A stretch of DNA of 64,000 nucleotides from Octopus vulgaris (GCA_951406725.2 OX597815.1:98890001-98954000); one strand, 5' to 3'; shown: positions 1 to 13,901, counted from the first letter of the stretch. Notes: a model not told the origin generated them from the sequence alone. Program-made: numbers and translations.

Positions 1-554
1 ATATTTATATATATATACGCACACATACATATATATGTACATATATATACATACATGTCTATACACGTGCATACATACATACATACACGCATACATAGAT
101 ATATACATACATACATACATGCACACTGATTTCCTCCTTGTTTAAAGTTGACCCGTTATCATACGTAATTACAAAGAAGAAAAAAAACACCGCTGTATCA
201 TGTATTATAGCAAACATCTTTATTTCACGTGTATATAAATCACTCTACATTTTGATTCATTCTACTATTCTGTTATTGATGTTCTGTGATTATTCGTTTG
301 TTTTTGTTGTCATCGATGTCAGTCCTATTTCCTGTCTTGTTTTGTCCTTTTTGTTTTGTATTTGTTTCTCGTTTATTGTTTGCTAATTCTTCTGTTCCTC
401 TTTATTTTTTACCTTCTTTAAAATTTTTCTTCTCATCTTCATTATCCTCGTTTCCTTCTAAGCATTCCTGCTGATTTCCAATCTATCCCACCAAACAGAT
501 ATACATATACAAATTAATACTTACACACACATATGCATACGCGCACATCTATAC

Positions 555-589
<35 letters not shown>

Positions 590-736
590 CATGCACACAC
601 AGGGGTAATGAATGTAGAAAAAATGCTAATCCTTACATAAATATGTACATGATATATAAGAACGTATACATTTGATTTTAGATACAGGTCAATATATATA
701 TATATATATATTGTATTTCGAGATGGTAACTTTTTT

Positions 737-780
<44 letters not shown>

Positions 781-1830
781 ACGCATACTTTGTTTATGTA
801 CATATATATATATATATATATATACATTTGTTTATATACATGTGTATGTATGTGTGTATGTATTATGCTTACACTTGTTTATGTATGTATACATATGCAT
901 ATATAAACTTGTATATGTATGCGCACACATCCACATTTAATATGATGTCGGGACTTGAACTGGAAGATGTAAACAGAAAAATTTTGTGCAGACTGTTATT
1001 TCATTAATTTATCCTTGTTTCTATTTTTTTTGTCTTTGATATTGTTATATTATGATGTTTTTCACCAACATTATATTATGTTATTCTTCACCCTCATTAT
1101 AAACGTTCGATTACAGGTTAAACTGTAATCAATACTCGATATATACCAGAGATGAATATTCTTTTGTTTTCTTTTTTTTTTATTTCACAAAAACCAGTAA
1201 ACACGTGGTTTTTTATGTTTATTTACGCCAGTACGATTTCACATTAGTTCCTGGAAAGAAACTAACTCGAAAAAAATCTCTTGTTTGCAGTTGATGCTTG
1301 TATTGAAGACAGCAATATAAAGTCGTGAAGGGAGATTGATTGGCAAAAAGTCAAAATAACAAAAGATAATTGTACACACAGATACAGACACTGATAAAGA
1401 GACACACAAAAGCAACGCAATCACATATACGTATACATTCAAAGGCTCACGCATATATACATACAAATCTTGCGCCAGTTTCGACGATGCATTTTTCAGT
1501 TGTTTAATCAAATGAACTTCCTAGTGATTTGTATGATAGTATAAGTAGTTGACTATTCCACTAACGCTTGTACCTTTAATATAATCCTCAGAGAGTATCA
1601 AAGGGATTAAGCTTGTGACTAGCCAGTCGTATTGAATCACTGGTATTGTATGAAATTATAAGGACTCCGTTTGAGGGAAACCGTTCAACACATTGCTCAG
1701 CCAACTTCACGCCCATGTACTAAACATACAATCCAAACAAGATTATAGTTAGAATCACACCATGTCAGATGAGGTGTGAGGTTGCTAGAACTTTGCTTGT
1801 GTTCTTGCCTAGAGAAAACTATTATGTATA

Positions 1831-2610
1831 CGATGGGTACCCATAAGAAAACGGAATTTTGCAATGTTATTTTATTCACTTAATTTTACATGTTTACACT
1901 TTTATAGCCTTCAAAGTATTCTCCATTTAAAGCAATGCAGCGGTTCATACGCGTTTTCCACTGTTCAAAGCAGTGCTGGAACTCTTGCGAGTTTTTTTCT
2001 TCACCTCTTCAACATCTACAAATTCTGTAGTGCCAGCTTTCATCACCAATGATGACCTTTGAAAAAGGTCCGGGTCAACTTGCAACTGTTCTTTCAGTTC
2101 ACGACACGCATTCAATTCTGACTGCTTTTATTCATCCGTGAGCAAGTAGGGCGCAAATTTTCCTGCAACCCTTTTCATTCGCAATTCCTCGCTCAAAAGT
2201 CGTTGGCAGGAGCTCCAGAACACACCAGTCATATCAACAAGTTCATTAATTATTCAACGACGGTTCTCCAAGATCAGTTCATTAATTTTCATCATGTTTT
2301 TCATTCGTCCGGGAGGTCCACGGTCATCCTGAACGCGATAAACGACCATTTCTAAAGTGTGAAAACCACTAGTAAATTTGTGTTTTGCTCATGGTAGCGT
2401 CCTTTAAGCTGTTTGAAGCATGACAACTGTTTCGGCCACTGTTTTCCCCAACAGAAAAACAGATTTTTCTCGGAAGCATGCTGTTCTTTCGTTTCAGTCA
2501 TCGCAAAAGTCGAACAGGAGAGAAGCACTGCAAAACAAAGACGCATCACGCGGAAGTATGATCTCACCCGACGACGCCGATCAGCAGACTGATGTCTGAG
2601 GGTCACATCA
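1831..2610 (-). mobile_element. Internally deleted, degenerate mariner transposon
   Basis: Minus strand gives a frameshifted N-terminus (MTETKEQHA...LLGKTVAETVVMLQTA) and a mariner-type C-terminus (EFQHCFEQWKTRMNRCIALNGEYFEG near 1905-1985). TA then CGATGGGTACCC at 1829-1842 looks like a terminus. The other end is unclear. Confidence 0.75.
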
Positions 2611-2838
2611 AATGGCTCCTAGCAGCGGAAGCCCGAATTACAACGGGATTGCCTCACAGATACATACAGTATATTGAAATACATTGTTCTCGCACCCACT
2701 AACCTGAAGACATGCAGGTATGCAGCCTTTGTTGAATCATATTAATGCAATAATGTGTATAAAATGTGAAACACTCAGCGATTCCCAGCTGATACTTAGA
2801 TAGATGTATCCGTATGCACGTAGCACATGACTTCTATG

Positions 2839-3636
2839 TCTTTTATCTTTTACGTGTTCCAGTCATTAGACTGCATCCATGCTGGGGCTCTGCCTTCAAG
2901 AATTTTTAGTCGATTAATCGACCCCAGTACTTTATTTTGAGCCTAGTATTTATTCTGTTGTTGTTTTTGCCGAACCACCAAGTTACGGGGACATAAATAC
3001 AGCTTGTCAATCGGTGGGGAGCGACATATACAGACACACACACACACACATGGAATGGAAGCACTCCGTCGGTTACGACGATGAGGGTTCCGGTTGATCC
3101 GAATCAACGGAACAGCCTGCTCGTGAAATTAACGTGTAAGTGGCTGAGCACTCCACAGACACGTGTACCCTTAACGTAGTTCTCGGGGATATTCAGCGTG
3201 ACACAGAGAGTGACAAGGCTGGCCCTTTGAAATACAGGTACAACAGAAACAGGAAGTAAGAGTGAGAGAAAGTTGTGGTGAAAGAGTACAGCAGGGATCA
3301 CCACCATCCCCTGCCGGAGCCTCGTGGAGCTTTAGGTGTTTTCGCTCAATAAACACTCACAACGCCCGGTCCGGGAATCGAAACCGCGATCCTATGACCG
3401 CGACTCCGCTGCCCTAACCACTGGGCCATTGCGCCTCCACACATAGATGCACATACACACACACACATATATGACGGGCTTCCTTCAGTTTCCTCATACC
3501 AAATCCACTCACAAGTCTTCGGTCGGCCTGAGGCTATAGTAGAAGACACCTGCCAAAGATGCCACGCAGTGGGGATGAACCCAGAAGAATGAGGGGTTGG
3601 AAAGCAAGCTTCTTACCACACAGCCTTGCCGGTGCT
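2839..3636 (-). mobile_element. tRNA-derived SINE family A (internal TA/TG microsatellite), split by a nested SINE
   Basis: Head (3441-3636) and tail (2839-3050) match the copies at 10100, 43108, 51400, 57240 and 61855. Confidence 0.85.
3052..3438 (-). mobile_element. tRNA-derived SINE family B, full length, nested in a family A SINE
   Basis: Reverse complement starts GGAGGCGCAATGGCCCAGTGGTTAGGGCAGCGG...GGTTTCGATTCCCGG (Pol III A and B boxes) and ends in a TTCCA tail. Flanked by ACACAT at 3046-3051 and 3439-3444. Resembles octopus OR-type SINEs; family name not verified. Confidence 0.85.
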
Positions 3637-3729
3637 TATGTGTATATGCATGTGTAGTGCGCGCCTCTACCTTTGTCGTTTTATAAGAATAGTAGTCTTA
3701 CGCTGACTGGGATTGATATTTCGCTAAAC

Positions 3730-4520
3730 TCTTAAACATTTTCTTGTAAACACCATGTTTACCACTGAGAGCTTTTCTATTTCCCTGCTACGCATGCACC
3801 GCTGCTTTCTGTTTGACTTCTCGTAACATTTTGTATAATATTCCGTAAACATTATTTTCTCTAGTAATAGTATCTAAGGTGTCTATAATTTTAGGAGTAA
3901 ATTTTACATTTCCACGGTGGTTAAGTCTAGTCTCATTAGTCATTGTTGATCGTCGATGTACAAGTGAATAAATTGTCTTTCCAATAAGACTTCAGCTGTC
4001 TGAACCCCATGCCATTTAATCAAGCATATCTACCGAGGTCTATGATATTGTTGATCTAAATTTGGAATAATAGCAATAACCTAGTTGATTCAGATATTTC
4101 AGATATTCTAAGAAATGTCACTATTGAAGGTTCTTAAATTTGCATTTATGGTAGCAATTATTACACAAGGTATCACAGAGATTCTCAGCAAGAAAGTGCA
4201 TTGCTTCACAAAACTGGCATATTCCATTAAATTCTCCACACGAAGAATGTCTCATATATGTTCCATAGAATGTTATTTATGTATCGCATCTTGTGATCTT
4301 GTGCTTGCCTCCCGTTCTCAGCATCCTGTTTCCTTTTGTATTCTTTCAGTGACTCGTGTTCTTTCATTTGCTTGCCGTGCATCTCTTTGTTCTTTAATTT
4401 CATTTTCTAATATTGTAGTCGCTCTGTGTTTCTAATTCTCATTTGTTTGATTTGTTTACTTTCGTGTCTCATAAAGTATATTTACTGCCATTATTTGTCA
4501 AAATTTCCTATTCTTCTACT
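3730..4520 (-). mobile_element. Degenerate Helitron Rep N-terminal fragment
   Basis: Broken minus-strand frames give a charged R/E-rich stretch, then HSSCGEFNGICQFCEAMHFLAE...CNNCYHKCK (Helitron zinc-finger-like) and LDTITRENNVYGILYKMLREV. Confidence 0.6.
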
Positions 4521-5585
4521 GTGTCTTCTATACGCCCTGATATTCAAAGTGACGCTATATGTTCATCAAAAGTTGTCTCTAATTTTCTCGGATGTCTCTC
4601 TCCGACTTGCTGATTTTTCTTCTGAGCATCGTCAAATGTATATAAGTCTATCATTTCGAATACTTTCCACTTCTTAGCCATTCCTGCTGCTTCTTCCCCC
4701 AGATATTTGCATACACTTATACCCACTCCGTTAAATATACTTAAGGGTGCGGGGAATTATATAACCAACTTACATACGGTCTTGCTGCATGAATATTCTT
4801 GACAACACAATTTCCTTTCCATATTTAATCTTACAATATTTTTCTTTTCTTGAAATATGTTCAAAATATAAATCTCATAATTGGTTTAAATATATTATTT
4901 TCCAGAAACGTCACTATCTCTTGGAGCACCTAGTGCTTCCCATAGCACATCCTTATTTTTTCTTAGGCTTCCCTGTGCTCATAATCCATCCAAGTATACA
5001 CTAACGGCCAGTCTGACAGATTGCAGATCAATAGTTTGCTGATATTACTGTTAGCTTCAATAGAGAGAACTAAGACATCGTGTATCTGGCTACAGAAATA
5101 CAAGAAAGTTCTTCATTCAGAACAAAGAATGTAACATTTATATTCGCAGTGAGATTACCTTATGTCCAACAAATTCAAATTTGACTTTACGTGACCATAC
5201 ACTATATAATACATAACGTAATAAACTGGATCTAACGTCAAAGCTGGTTTGCTTTTTCTCCAAAGTAATCTTGCCCACAGATTTGGAATTTTAGTGATAT
5301 AGTTTTGAAGAATAATGTCCTCAGCAGCGTCGTGTGGAATTCTTCAAATTTTAGCTATGGCGAAGTTTTCACGACTGTTTCATACCCTTTAACATCAAGT
5401 AGAAAAGCTTTTTCACTCTGTCAAAAAACAAATACGTAACTCGATGGAGTAGAAAGATTGCTCAGACCTTCATAGTGATGTTACGCAATCTTTTAAATGA
5501 ATCACTCAGGGCTAAAATATTCCTCAATAAAATGACGATGCCCATTCTCATTACTTAATTGTGTTCTTGTATAAGATTTGCAATA

Positions 5586-5624
<39 letters not shown>

Positions 5625-5635
<11 letters not shown>

Positions 5636-5830
5636 AATCCGTTCTGTCTGTCTCTGTGTGTATGTCTTCTATGATCTCGGGCATCTTCCATCCGATTGCA
5701 CTCACATTTGATATGTAGATACAGACGGTACCAGGGCGTGTATAAGTCTTGAAAAAATTACAAAAGTCGGTTTCAGGTGAGAATGCGATCGATAAAGCCG
5801 TGGGAACGTGCATTTGCACGCGCAAGTACA
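5625..5830 (+). mobile_element. Possible 5' end of a non-autonomous Helitron-like element
   Basis: TATATAATAAAT-CCGTTCTGTCTGTCTCTGTGTGTATG...CATCCGATTGCACTCACATTTG resembles the GTCY-repeat plus CCGATT layout of non-autonomous Helitron 5' ends. No 3' CTAG hairpin found. Confidence 0.4.
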
Positions 5831-6061
5831 TCAGTCTCGAAATCCGTCTTTTGCTGGTGTCTGAAATTTAGGTTAAATCAGTGTTTCTCAAATGGGAGTC
5901 CTAAGCAACGGTCGGACAATTTGTTTTGAGAAAATTTAGTTTAAATGTTTGACAACTCAGCACCGTCCATTGGACAGGGGGCGTGTTGCTCATATATATA
6001 TATATATATATGCATGTATATATATGTATATATATATATATATGTATATTTATATATATGG

Positions 6062-6111
<50 letters not shown>

Positions 6112-6669
6112 CTATCTATATATATATATATTACATTTATATATATATATATATATTTACATTATATAACACATATGACTATGTTTTATTTGTGATTATG
6201 CGTGTGAATTGTGTTATTACATTCGCCATTATGAGTACAGATATAATAGAAAATCAAATAGATACGCCGAAGGAATATATATGTATATATTTATCTAAGT
6301 AAAGATGCATATATAAATCCACATTCATACAAAATATATTTATATATATATGTATATATACGTGTGTGTGTGGGGGGGGGGGTGCGTGTGTGTGAAAATA
6401 TTGTGTGTGTATGTGTGTGTATAAATATATATGAACAGGGAGAGGAAGGTAACGAGACTTTGATTCTCGTGTGCTTTGTAACTTATTGCACCGGTGGATG
6501 ATTCATGCGAGAAACTTCCCTTGTTCCAACTTTTTCCAAACATGCATACAGATCTATTGAATAATGTATACAGGTGAAAGTTGTACACGCACTTATAAGA
6601 ATATTATCTAAATATAACCTGAATACTCTTTATTACGCATGTATATGTAGACATATACATATATATGTG

Positions 6670-6707
<38 letters not shown>

Positions 6708-6852
6708 TATACACAAAAACACACATATATATATATATATATGTGTGTGTGTATGTATGTATGTTTGTATGTATGTTTGTATGTATGTATGCATATATAT
6801 ATATTATGTATATATGTATCTATCTAAAAGTGTATAGACACACATATATATA

Positions 6853-6893
<41 letters not shown>

Positions 6894-7339
6894 ATATGCA
6901 TACGTCTGTATATGCATATATATATATATATATATACAGACAGACAGAGCGGGAGCGTTCTGTGTGCATATATATACCAAAGTATAATTTTTAAATGTAT
7001 GGTGAGTGTAATAAGGAATTTTTAGGGTTGTTATAATGAATTTTTTTAGAGGTCTTAGAGCTACGAATGGACGGTCTTCAGTTATTTGATCCTGTTCTCT
7101 ACGTACCACGATCAAATTCAACATTTTACATAATACCAATTCGTATTGGATGACCGAATTACCACTGAACTAATGGGTCTATTTTTCTTCTCTCCCAACT
7201 CTCACACACTCCTCCATTTTCCCCTCCTTAATGAGTTATTGCCACTCTCATTTGTAAATGCAGGAAATCCTACCTCTCTGGCATAGAGTCTTTGGCAATA
7301 TACTTAGAAGTCGTTGCCAATGAATCACGGAAGGACCCT

Positions 7340-7726
7340 TCTTCGAAAGCTGCCATAGTCAGAATAATGTCCAAAATGAATCAGGACTACTTGATTCGAG
7401 CATGTAGATGATTTAGATCTCATATAGAAGTAGTTGTTGAAGCTGAAGGTGGATTTATTGAATAACATTATAGAAAAGAAGGAATATTTTTATACTCATA
7501 GCATTTTTGATAAATGTGACTTGATCTGAGATCGTGTGCTGAAAGAAAAACAATTGCAGCGTGGAAGGTTTTATAACCATTTAAGAAACACACAAAATCC
7601 GTTAGATTCACTTCAAGATTTAAATTTAATTTGTCAAAATATTTTCATCACTTTGAGACCGTGATGAAAGACCGCCACTGACAAAATTACGTGCTAAATC
7701 TGTCCTCAAATATCTTACGCACCCTG
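7340..7726 (+). mobile_element. 3' fragment of a maT (DD37D)-like transposon with right TIR, interrupted by an insert of about 180 bp
   Basis: KAAIVRIMSKMNQDYLIRACR*FRSHIEVVVEAEGGFIE* at 7343-7465. TIR-like ...TCTTACGCACCCTG ends at 7726 (reverse complement CAGGGTGCG, like the TIR at 21001). Confidence 0.65.
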
Positions 7727-8269
7727 AATACAAGTGTGTGTGTGTGTGTGTGTCCTAGAATGGCCAATAAAATGACTGAAGCGATTAGAAGGTAAATATA
7801 TATATATATGTGTGTACGTGTATCTCTATGTGTATGTGTGTGTGTATGATATATTAAAAACATAAAAATATCTTAGTTTAATTTTTATTAAAAGAGGGTT
7901 TTTCATATTTATTTCTTAGTTCCTTGTTTCGATTGCAATAATAGTGTTTCAACATCCTTTAATCCATTAATATTTCAATCTATTCGTAGCCTCATCACCT
8001 GCATGAAATGATGGTAATAATTCTGCTATTCGCTTGCTTTCAGCGAGTTGCAAAGGATCCTAACAATAGTATTATAACAAATTTTACATTCTACTCCGTG
8101 TTTAAAGATTATATTTGCCAAGATGTCCGTTCTGTATTAGAAGCGAAAGTAGGGTACAGTTTTTGAAACACAAACCGATCTATTCAATTCAATAAGTACT
8201 GTTTTGTTCTAGTTTCCTCCGCCATCTTGTGACTGGCTCATGCTCAATTAGCGTATTTTGTTTCTAGTG

Positions 8270-8880
8270 GCAAAAAACGCTTCCATGTAAATTTTTAGAT
8301 AGAATTTTTAGATAGAAATTCTATGTGAATTTTTGAATAGAAATTTAAAGGCGCAAGATCTGGTGGATATGGAGGGTACAGCAAAACATCCTAGTTAAGC
8401 CTCATTAATTTGTGCCTCATTTGCAGAGAAGTATGTGGTCTGATATTGTCGTGGTGAAAGACAATGTTCTTGCGATTAGCAAGTCTGGACGCTTCTGATG
8501 GATCGCTTCATTTCGCTTGTCCATTTGGTCACAGTATACATCCGAATTGATGTTCTTATTCCTGGGAAGAGCTCGTAAAGACAGCAACCTTCTAATCCCC
8601 CCAAACTGAAAGTATAATCCTCTCTGAGTAAAGATCTGCTTCGGAGGTTGTTTATGGTGGCTCACCGTACCTCTCCCATCGTCTTTTGCACTTCACATTG
8701 TTATAAATGTTTTACGTTTCGTCCCTTAAATTTCTCTTTCAAAACATCACTTTCTTCATGTTTCTACAACAAATCGCAGATGGAAAACCGTTGGGTGAGA
8801 TTAGCTCTTCTCAATTGTTGTGAGACCTTAATAGTGACCCTGCTGGCGTAACCAAGTCGATGCTGATGATATTCGATACT
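8270..8880 (-). mobile_element. mariner DD34D transposase fragment
   Basis: LPRNKNINSDVYCDQMDKRNEAIHQKRPD, then a frameshift into NIVFHHDNIRPHTS...YPPYPPDLAP (YSPDLAP motif). Confidence 0.85.
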
Positions 8881-9554
8881 CCTGTTGATGAGGAGGATTT
8901 TTATTCTAAGGGCTTCTTTTTCTTGTCTTCACTTTTTTCTCATTGTGTGAACTTTACTAATTATATATTTCTGGCTATGTATGATGCGTGTGTTCTGTCT
9001 AATGATTCATTTCAATTACATATTCATCCATTCTTATAATTAGAATTCATTTGGTTCCTGTAGTGCAATCTGGATATTTGTAGTGGTTGCTGCAGGTATT
9101 GTATCAATGTAGATGAATGGCTGCTAATCTATTAGGTAATCCGTTAAGAACTGATGTTTCCGGTAAGATTTCTATATTTAAATTTCTTTACAGAGGGACA
9201 ATTTAAACGATCGCTCTTAAACTTTGTGGAAATACTACTACTTACGTTAATATAATAGAGGTGATATACGTGTTGTTCCATAATTTTTTTATTTATGTCT
9301 AAAAATATACAGAAATTTCGATCGAGTTAAGTTGAATTGTGTGACCATCAGCCTGTTCTACGGCATTTGTCTCATATATATATGTCAACAACATAGCTGC
9401 TATGCATAGCGGAACAGCATTGCTTTGCAGATCATTCACGTAGGATGCCACAAGGGAAGGCACTAATAGGAAAACTAGAGCCATCTAAATTACATTGTGA
9501 AGCTTGCAAGAGAACAGCATTCGGAACAACAACTAGTCATATTGAATATGTATT

Positions 9555-9871
9555 GAAGGCGCGTGGATTAGTGGTTACTCTATTCGGCTCACGATCTCAA
9601 AGTCGCGAGTTCAATTACCAGCGATGTGTTGCGTCCTTGGTCAAATTTATTTCACGTTGCTCCAGTTCACTTAACTGGCAAAAATGGGTAGTACCTGTAT
9701 TTCAGAGGATCAGCCTTGTGACACTCTATTTCACCCTGAATTTTCTTGAGAACTACGTTAAGGGTACACATGTCTATAGAGTGCTCAGCCACATGCACGT
9801 TAATGTCATGAACTGGCTGTTTCGTTCATCAGATCAACCGGAACTCTCGTCGTCGTAACCGGCGGAGTGCC
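9555..9871 (+). mobile_element. tRNA-derived SINE family C (3' half shared with family B)
   Basis: Head GGCGCGTGGATTAGTGG...GAGTTCAATTACC and CORE-like GTCCTTGGTCAAA. From about 9692 it aligns with the 3' half of 3052-3438. Confidence 0.75.
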
Positions 9872-10099
9872 AGCCGTATTCAATATGTGTACATCTTGGC
9901 CAAATTTATATTTATAATTTCTATTACTGTTGTATTCGGAGGCATTATTTCGAAGTCTATAGTTGAAATGTAGGCAACATTATAAATTTTCCGTAGTTCT
10001 TTAAAGACTTCATGCACATGCTATATCTATCGATAAGTACTAAACAGCTTGAGAAGCTTTAGTCTTGATATAGACAAAAATTCTATATTTATATTTATA

Positions 10100-10291
10100 G
10101 GCGCAGGCCTGGCTATAGGTGCAGGTATGGCTCTGCGGTAAGAACCCCATGGTTCCGGATTCAGTCTCACTGCATGGCGCCTGATGCAAATATTTTCTAC
10201 TATAGCTTCGGACTAATCAAATCCTTGTGATGGATTTGGTAGACGAAAACTGAAAGCAACCCGTCGTATATATATATATATATATATATAT

Positions 10292-10333
<42 letters not shown>

Positions 10334-10503
10334 ATGTGTGTGCTGTCTGTGTTTGTCCTGACGTCATCGCTTGACAAAAGAGACCGATGGAATAAGTACT
10401 AGGCTTACAAAGAATAAGTCTTGGGGTCGATGTCTTCGACTAAAGGTGGTGCTCCAGCATGGCTACAATCAAGTGACTGAAACAAATAAAGAATAAAAGA
10501 ATA
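10100..10503 (+). mobile_element. SINE family A
   Basis: GGCGCAGG head, GGATTTGGTAGACGAAAACTGAAAG body, internal (TA)n(TG)n, tail ending GAATAAAAGAATA. Confidence 0.85.
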
Positions 10504-10923
10504 TATTTATATATACATGCAAGAGTTAAGGAATGGAGTAGATAAGATCCGGGCTGCATATGTTTCACAGCTAGCGGAACCTCGAAAGTGGTAAATATCC
10601 AAGCATGGTGTATACAGCAGACTACTCCTCAGGCCAAGCATATCTTGATTAAATAAGAGTCTACATTGTCGCAAGGGGGTACATGTTAATACATGAAAAA
10701 TTCAATCAGAATGTGTAGAGAGCACAGTAGGAGTATATATGTTCGTTCACTTTCTCTTTGTAATTTTCGAGTAAATTTAGCTGACCAACTACTTGGCAGC
10801 AAGGTTGTGAAGAAAAATATGTTTGTTTAACCATCATCGTTTAAATTTTAAGTTCCTACATATATTTATAGACTCAGATATCGTGATCATTTGTAATAGA
10901 GGAATTAAGGATTTGCATTCTTT

Positions 10924-11059
10924 ATGTATGTATGTATGAATGTATGTATGTATGTATGTATGTATGTATGTATGTATGTATGTATGTATCTATGTATGTA
11001 TCTATGTATGTATGTATGCATGCATGTATGTATGTATGCATGCATGTATGTATGTAAGG

Positions 11060-11092
<33 letters not shown>

Positions 11093-11161
11093 TGTATGTA
11101 TGTATGTATGTATGTATGTATGTATGCATGCATGTATGTATGTATGTATGTATGTATGTAT
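10924..11161. repeat. (ATGT)n tetranucleotide microsatellite
   Basis: Direct reading; explains the YVCM/HTYI ORFs. Confidence 0.95.
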
Positions 11162-11952
11162 GTGCATATTTCTTTCTTTTATGTATATATTCTAATGCAT
11201 ATAGTTGCATATCTAGACATGCTCATATATATTTAAATGGTAAACATCTGGAAAGTTTTACAGATTTTCACAGTTCCAGAGATGGACTGGATCTGTATTA
11301 GCTTTCTCCTTTCTGCTTTTGAGAAGCCTAATTTCTCAAGATTGGTATTTGTATGTATGTATGTATGTATGTATGTATGTATGTATGTATGTATGTATGT
11401 GTGCATGCATGTATGTATGTATCACATGTAAAACATGAATATACCTATCGTAAAACGTAGCAGGACTTTGTACAAATTTTAAATCCGACATTGGCGATTT
11501 AAATCTCATAACAATATTCCTAGGCTCGTTTGTGATCAACTGCAACCGCGTGAGTGAATTACCATTATTATCAACCTTTTGTTCTCATGAGGAGGACTGA
11601 AAAGTCTTGAAACGTTAACAGACTGGTGGACTTGGAGATGATATTGTTACAAAGTGAACATAAAGGAGCAGTCAGGAAAAAATGAAAAGCCCTTAATAAA
11701 AAGATCAAAAACTTGAACGTAGATTTTTTTCCTCTGTAACATGCTGTGTTTGAAAGAATTACTGTACCCTGTTCACAGAGAGAGCGTGATTGACAGACAG
11801 ATAGATAGAGAGGGAGACAGAGAGAGAGCGTCAGACAAAGAGTTAGATGGACAAAAAGATAGAGAGCGAGAAGTAAAGAGAGAGAGAGAGAGTAATAGAG
11901 GTATATACATAAATTGACTGACAGATAGGGAAAATGAGGAAGTGAGAATGAA

Positions 11953-11983
<31 letters not shown>

Positions 11984-12609
11984 AAGAGAGGGAGAGAAAG
12001 ATATGCGATTGAATGGATATTTACACAAACATAGGTATATAAATGTTTGAGTAATTCAGTGAATATATAAATCTTTTAAAAAATGAAAAATATATACATT
12101 CGCCTCCTATTTATTGATATCTGGAAATTTCTATATAATACAAACTTTTAAGTATTTTCACTGCAAATATATATGCATCTATATATATACATATATATTT
12201 ATGTATGCATATGAATGTATACACAAACAGATATTGTATGCGTGTAGACGCGGAGATGCGTGTAAATGTGTCTGTATGCACGAATGTTCCTATATAAAAG
12301 CAAGTATGTACTGGAATCTTGTAAATAATAGTTGTGAGATAAAGGAGAGATATCAACGTATGGCATTTAAATAATATAGTATATATTCATTTCTTCAATC
12401 ATAGAGAATTCATAAATCAGCGCACGCATGCGTACACGCGTTCGATAATGTGCGTGCAATGATGATTAATATGCTTTCATCTTATTTTTAGTGAAGCTAA
12501 ACACTACATACATGTATGTATATACATATATATATTTATATATTCATTTATTCATTTATTTATTTATATACACAGACGCACGCATACGCACGTAACTTGG
12601 GACACAGTG

Positions 12610-12660
<51 letters not shown>

Positions 12661-13803
12661 TGATTAAGTATATAAATATAAACATATAGATGGTTACGTG
12701 CGCCCGTATCAATGAAAGATTGTGTGTTGGTATATTTTCGTTTTGTTCAAGTATTTATATTTGAGAATACTATTGCGCGCATATATATTCTTTTATTCTC
12801 ATATATATATATACACATACTGTGTGTGTGTGTATGAACTATGTATGCACGTATATATATATATATATATATACTTGCGTTTATTTATATATATTTTATA
12901 TTTATCGAAGAAAGCCCCTATTAATTCAAAGATAACACAATATATTTTGTATATATATTTTTCAAAAAAAAAAAAGACAACAAAATTTTAAAAAAACATC
13001 TCCATGACCATGTCAACGCAACAATTGGCATATAAAATTCTATTTATCAATTCTTTTGCTTCTGCCATGCGCACAAGAATTTGTGACATTTTGATCAAAA
13101 ACAAAATATATATAAAATATGAAAATTTTAAATACATATGTAAATACAATACAACTAATACATAAAAATAAAATATGAAGAGCATAAAAGAAATTTGCAT
13201 ATATATTTATAAGTCAATATATTGAGAGAAACTTTCTTAGAAATGCGGGTGTGTATGTAAGTATGTATAAATGAATGTTTGCGAATATGTGCGTGCAAGA
13301 GAAATTGTAGCAAGTTGATGGATACATAGATACAGTTATGATTACTTCTATGTCTACATGCGTGTAATATATGTGTGTGTCAGAGAAAGAGAGACAAAGA
13401 GAGACAGAGACACAAAGAGTGAGACAGAGAGAGAGAGAGAGAGAGAGAACGGGAGAGACTGACAGGCAGACAAGATGAAACGCATTGAGAATCGAGAGCT
13501 GCATAAAATACAATTACACTTCAGCAGAAACGCATAACCTCTTCGTATACATATAATTTACACACAGAGGCAGCGTTCAGTTTCACACATGCATATATAC
13601 GCGAATACGGGTGTATGTTGTGAACATGGGTTTGCGTAGGGTTGCGTGTAGAGAGAGTGCGTTCACACATCAACAGATACTTACACGCTCATACGTCAGG
13701 CAAACATATTTGTTATACATAGTATAAATATGTACTTATATATCTATATCTATCAAGCAATATCTGTATCTATCTATCTCTCTAACAATGTATGTATGCG
13801 TGT

Positions 13804-13853
<50 letters not shown>

Positions 13854-13864
13854 GTGTGTGTGTT

Positions 13865-13901
<37 letters not shown>

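Noticed and set aside
3360-3438. tRNA gene
   Set aside because: A and B boxes belong to a SINE head that continues into a body and tail; no complete cloverleaf or terminator.
9815-9836. CTGATGA-AC-GAAAC on the minus strand
   Set aside because: No stem II. It lies in a SINE tail whose sister copy lacks the motif, so it is a chance match.
11583-11622. ATGAGGA-GGACT-GAAA-AGTCTT-GAAAC hammerhead-like stretch
   Set aside because: Core C missing, no convincing stem I or cleavage triplet, and no second copy to support reconstruction.
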